A stretch of 64,000 bases of DNA from a virus (taxonomy: Duplodnaviria > Caudoviricetes): the IMG/VR virus record IMGVR_UViG_3300021400_000063, one strand, 5' to 3'. Position numbers and translations under genes: made by a program. Of this stretch, positions 62,315 through 64,000 are shown one piece after another. The notes under the pieces are model-generated. The model did not search any database. It saw nothing but the letters and a program-made list of their open reading frames with translations, and was not told where the DNA came from. The stretch's first letter is position 1; every line of letters starts with the position of its first letter.

Positions 62315-64000
62315 ATGGCTGAAGAAATTTCAGATACAAGTCCTGATAGACAGGCTTATACACAGCTTTCTAGCGAAGGATATAAAGGACGTTTTGCAGC
62401 TAATATTGCTGATATTCGTTTATTTAAAGATAATCCATATATTGCAGATCTCGATCAAGCAGATCGTCTCGAATTAAATAAATCGTTATTAACACCATAT
62501 GATGGTGAGCAATTTTATGATGACGATAGATATGTTTATCTTTGTAAACTTGTTAAAGATGCTATTACTGGTGAAGAACGCTATGTTTATACATCTAAAG
62601 AAAAAGAAGTTAATGAACGTTTAGCTTATTATGAATCTCAGGGTGTATTAAATCAGTTAATGTCTGCTTATAATAATGGACGTATTTACACATTGTATAT
62701 CGACAGATCAAATCTTATGATGTATCCTAATACATCATTGACTTGGCCTGAAGATTATGCTTACTATACAGTAAAAGCTCAAAAGCTTAATGAAGATAAT
62801 AAACCTATTTATGTAGCAGGTATGATTCAAGATAATAATCTTGTTGGTAAAAATATCGGTATGGTTACACAGCGTGATGATGCTGTTGGAACAGCATATA
62901 CTCGTATGCTTCCTGCTAAGATTTTCGCTACAGAAGAAGTTGATCCTATTAGACAGACCGAAGTTATTAAAAATAATGAATTCTATCAGGTAGATTTCTT
63001 TAACAGTAATGGAACTTTACTTGGTACAAGATTATTCCAGGCTGTAGATTCTACTGTAACTGATACAGAAGTTCCTTCACAGTCTATTTCTGATATCAAT
63101 ATTACAGTTCTTCGTAATAATATTTCTCAATCTTCAGCTAACGGTGTTTATCCTGTACAAGCTGGAGAGGATGTTTCAAATACACTTTCATTCGTAGTTA
63201 GAGTTGTATTTAATGATGGAACTAATAAACTTGTTTCTCTTAATTCGCCTAATCTTGATATTGAAGGTCTTGATAACTGGAGTACAGAAAATAAAGCTCA
63301 AGGTGAAACTCATGACGTTGTAATTAGATATTACGCCAACGTTGATGAATTTAACCAACCTTATGGAACATATGTTGAAAAGACAATTAAGTTCCAGATC
63401 GTAGCTAATACTACAGAAACTATTTATAAGATCCTTCCAGTAATGTGGCAAGAACAAGGAACTAGTGTAGATTCTTCTATTAAGAATAGAATTTACAGAC
63501 TTAAAGTATTTACTATTAACAGTGATGGTGAAGTTGAAAATAAAACTAGAGCTTTCTTTAATACATTCAAGAAAATAGATAGTGACGGTTCATCTGTTGA
63601 ATTTACAGATTGTCCATATATTTTCGACACATATGACCAGTCAATGGTATTTACTTGTAAATCAGATTATACAGTTGGTAGCGATACTACATTTGGATTT
63701 ACTCTTTATACAAATGGTTCTTCTAAAGAATTCCGTTTCGTTGTTAAGTTCGGTGCAGATGCTAGTTCATTTAATGGTGCACTTATTACTAATTATGGAT
63801 CTGTTAGTTCATATGGATATGAAGATGGTGGTGCACTTACAACTCTTAAAGAAACATATGATAGATCATCTGTTAATTTAAGCAATATTGCAAAAATTTA
63901 TAGACTAGATAATACACTTACTATCCAGATTACAAATCCTCAAGGACTTATCGGAAAGACTAAATTTGTCGATAGATATAAGCGTAAGATTTCTGCAGAT
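62315..64000 (+). CDS. probable virion structural protein, truncated by the window end (MAEEISDTSPDRQ...)
   Basis: AAGGAG SD, ATG 62315, appears open to the window end; absent from the ORF track, consistent with no stop. Confidence 0.75.
   Translation, partial: MAEEISDTSPDRQAYTQLSSEGYKGRFAANIADIRLFKDNPYIADLDQADRLELNKSLLTPYDGEQFYDDDRYVYLCKLVKDAITGEERYVYTSKEKEVNERLAYYESQGVLNQLMSAYNNGRIYTLYIDRSNLMMYPNTSLTWPEDYAYYTVKAQKLNEDNKPIYVAGMIQDNNLVGKNIGMVTQRDDAVGTAYTRMLPAKIFATEEVDPIRQTEVIKNNEFYQVDFFNSNGTLLGTRLFQAVDSTVTDTEVPSQSISDINITVLRNNISQSSANGVYPVQAGEDVSNTLSFVVRVVFNDGTNKLVSLNSPNLDIEGLDNWSTENKAQGETHDVVIRYYANVDEFNQPYGTYVEKTIKFQIVANTTETIYKILPVMWQEQGTSVDSSIKNRIYRLKVFTINSDGEVENKTRAFFNTFKKIDSDGSSVEFTDCPYIFDTYDQSMVFTCKSDYTVGSDTTFGFTLYTNGSSKEFRFVVKFGADASSFNGALITNYGSVSSYGYEDGGALTTLKETYDRSSVNLSNIAKIYRLDNTLTIQITNPQGLIGKTKFVDRYKRKISAD

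Noticed and set aside
732-63881. Many short ORF-track entries overlapping real genes (e.g. 732-944, 11893-12366, 15860-16201, 48261-48599, 50600-51097, 63582-63881)
   Set aside because: Antisense or alternate-frame shadows of well-supported CDSs, with no SD and with biased composition
1-64000. Genome-wide stop-codon reassignment or obligatory AGG recoding
   Set aside because: Conserved genes are full length in the standard code, and several contain in-frame AGG read without a break

Overview
Very AT-rich segment of a jumbo bacteriophage genome of the phiKZ/AR9(PBS1)-like type, read in the standard code. Strong GGAG(G) Shine-Dalgarno sites, NrdG and an M23 peptidase suggest a low-GC anaerobic host (inference). 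Hallmarks: two fragments of a split multisubunit RNA polymerase (beta-N; beta'-N with NGDFDGD), a probable sigma-like nvRNAP subunit, the N-terminal half of a split family-B DNA polymerase, type II topoisomerase B, NAD-dependent ligase, SbcD-like nuclease, RecD/Dda-like helicase, dUTPase, ThyX-like and QueC-like proteins, a tRNA cluster and large probable virion proteins. The standout locus (17.8-19.8 kb) is a nuclease-less Nop/IS110-C-terminal-domain protein flanked by two separately terminated 37-nt-period dual-repeat arrays (ATTAAATCC-N10-AATGTATC-N10; 16 and 7 units). This is a TIGR-Tas (TasA-type) RNA-guided system architecture. Also notable: three reading-frame breaks in two conserved genes, all repaired by skipping the A of an AGG codon (candidate +1 recoding); two promoter classes (early TATATATTATA; AR9-like RACA-N6-TATA); promoter-leader-gene-terminator cassettes with covarying leader hairpins; two atypical tRNA-like RNAs; and two pseudoknotted orphan ncRNA candidates. 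All assignments come from motif recognition by eye; no database searches were run.
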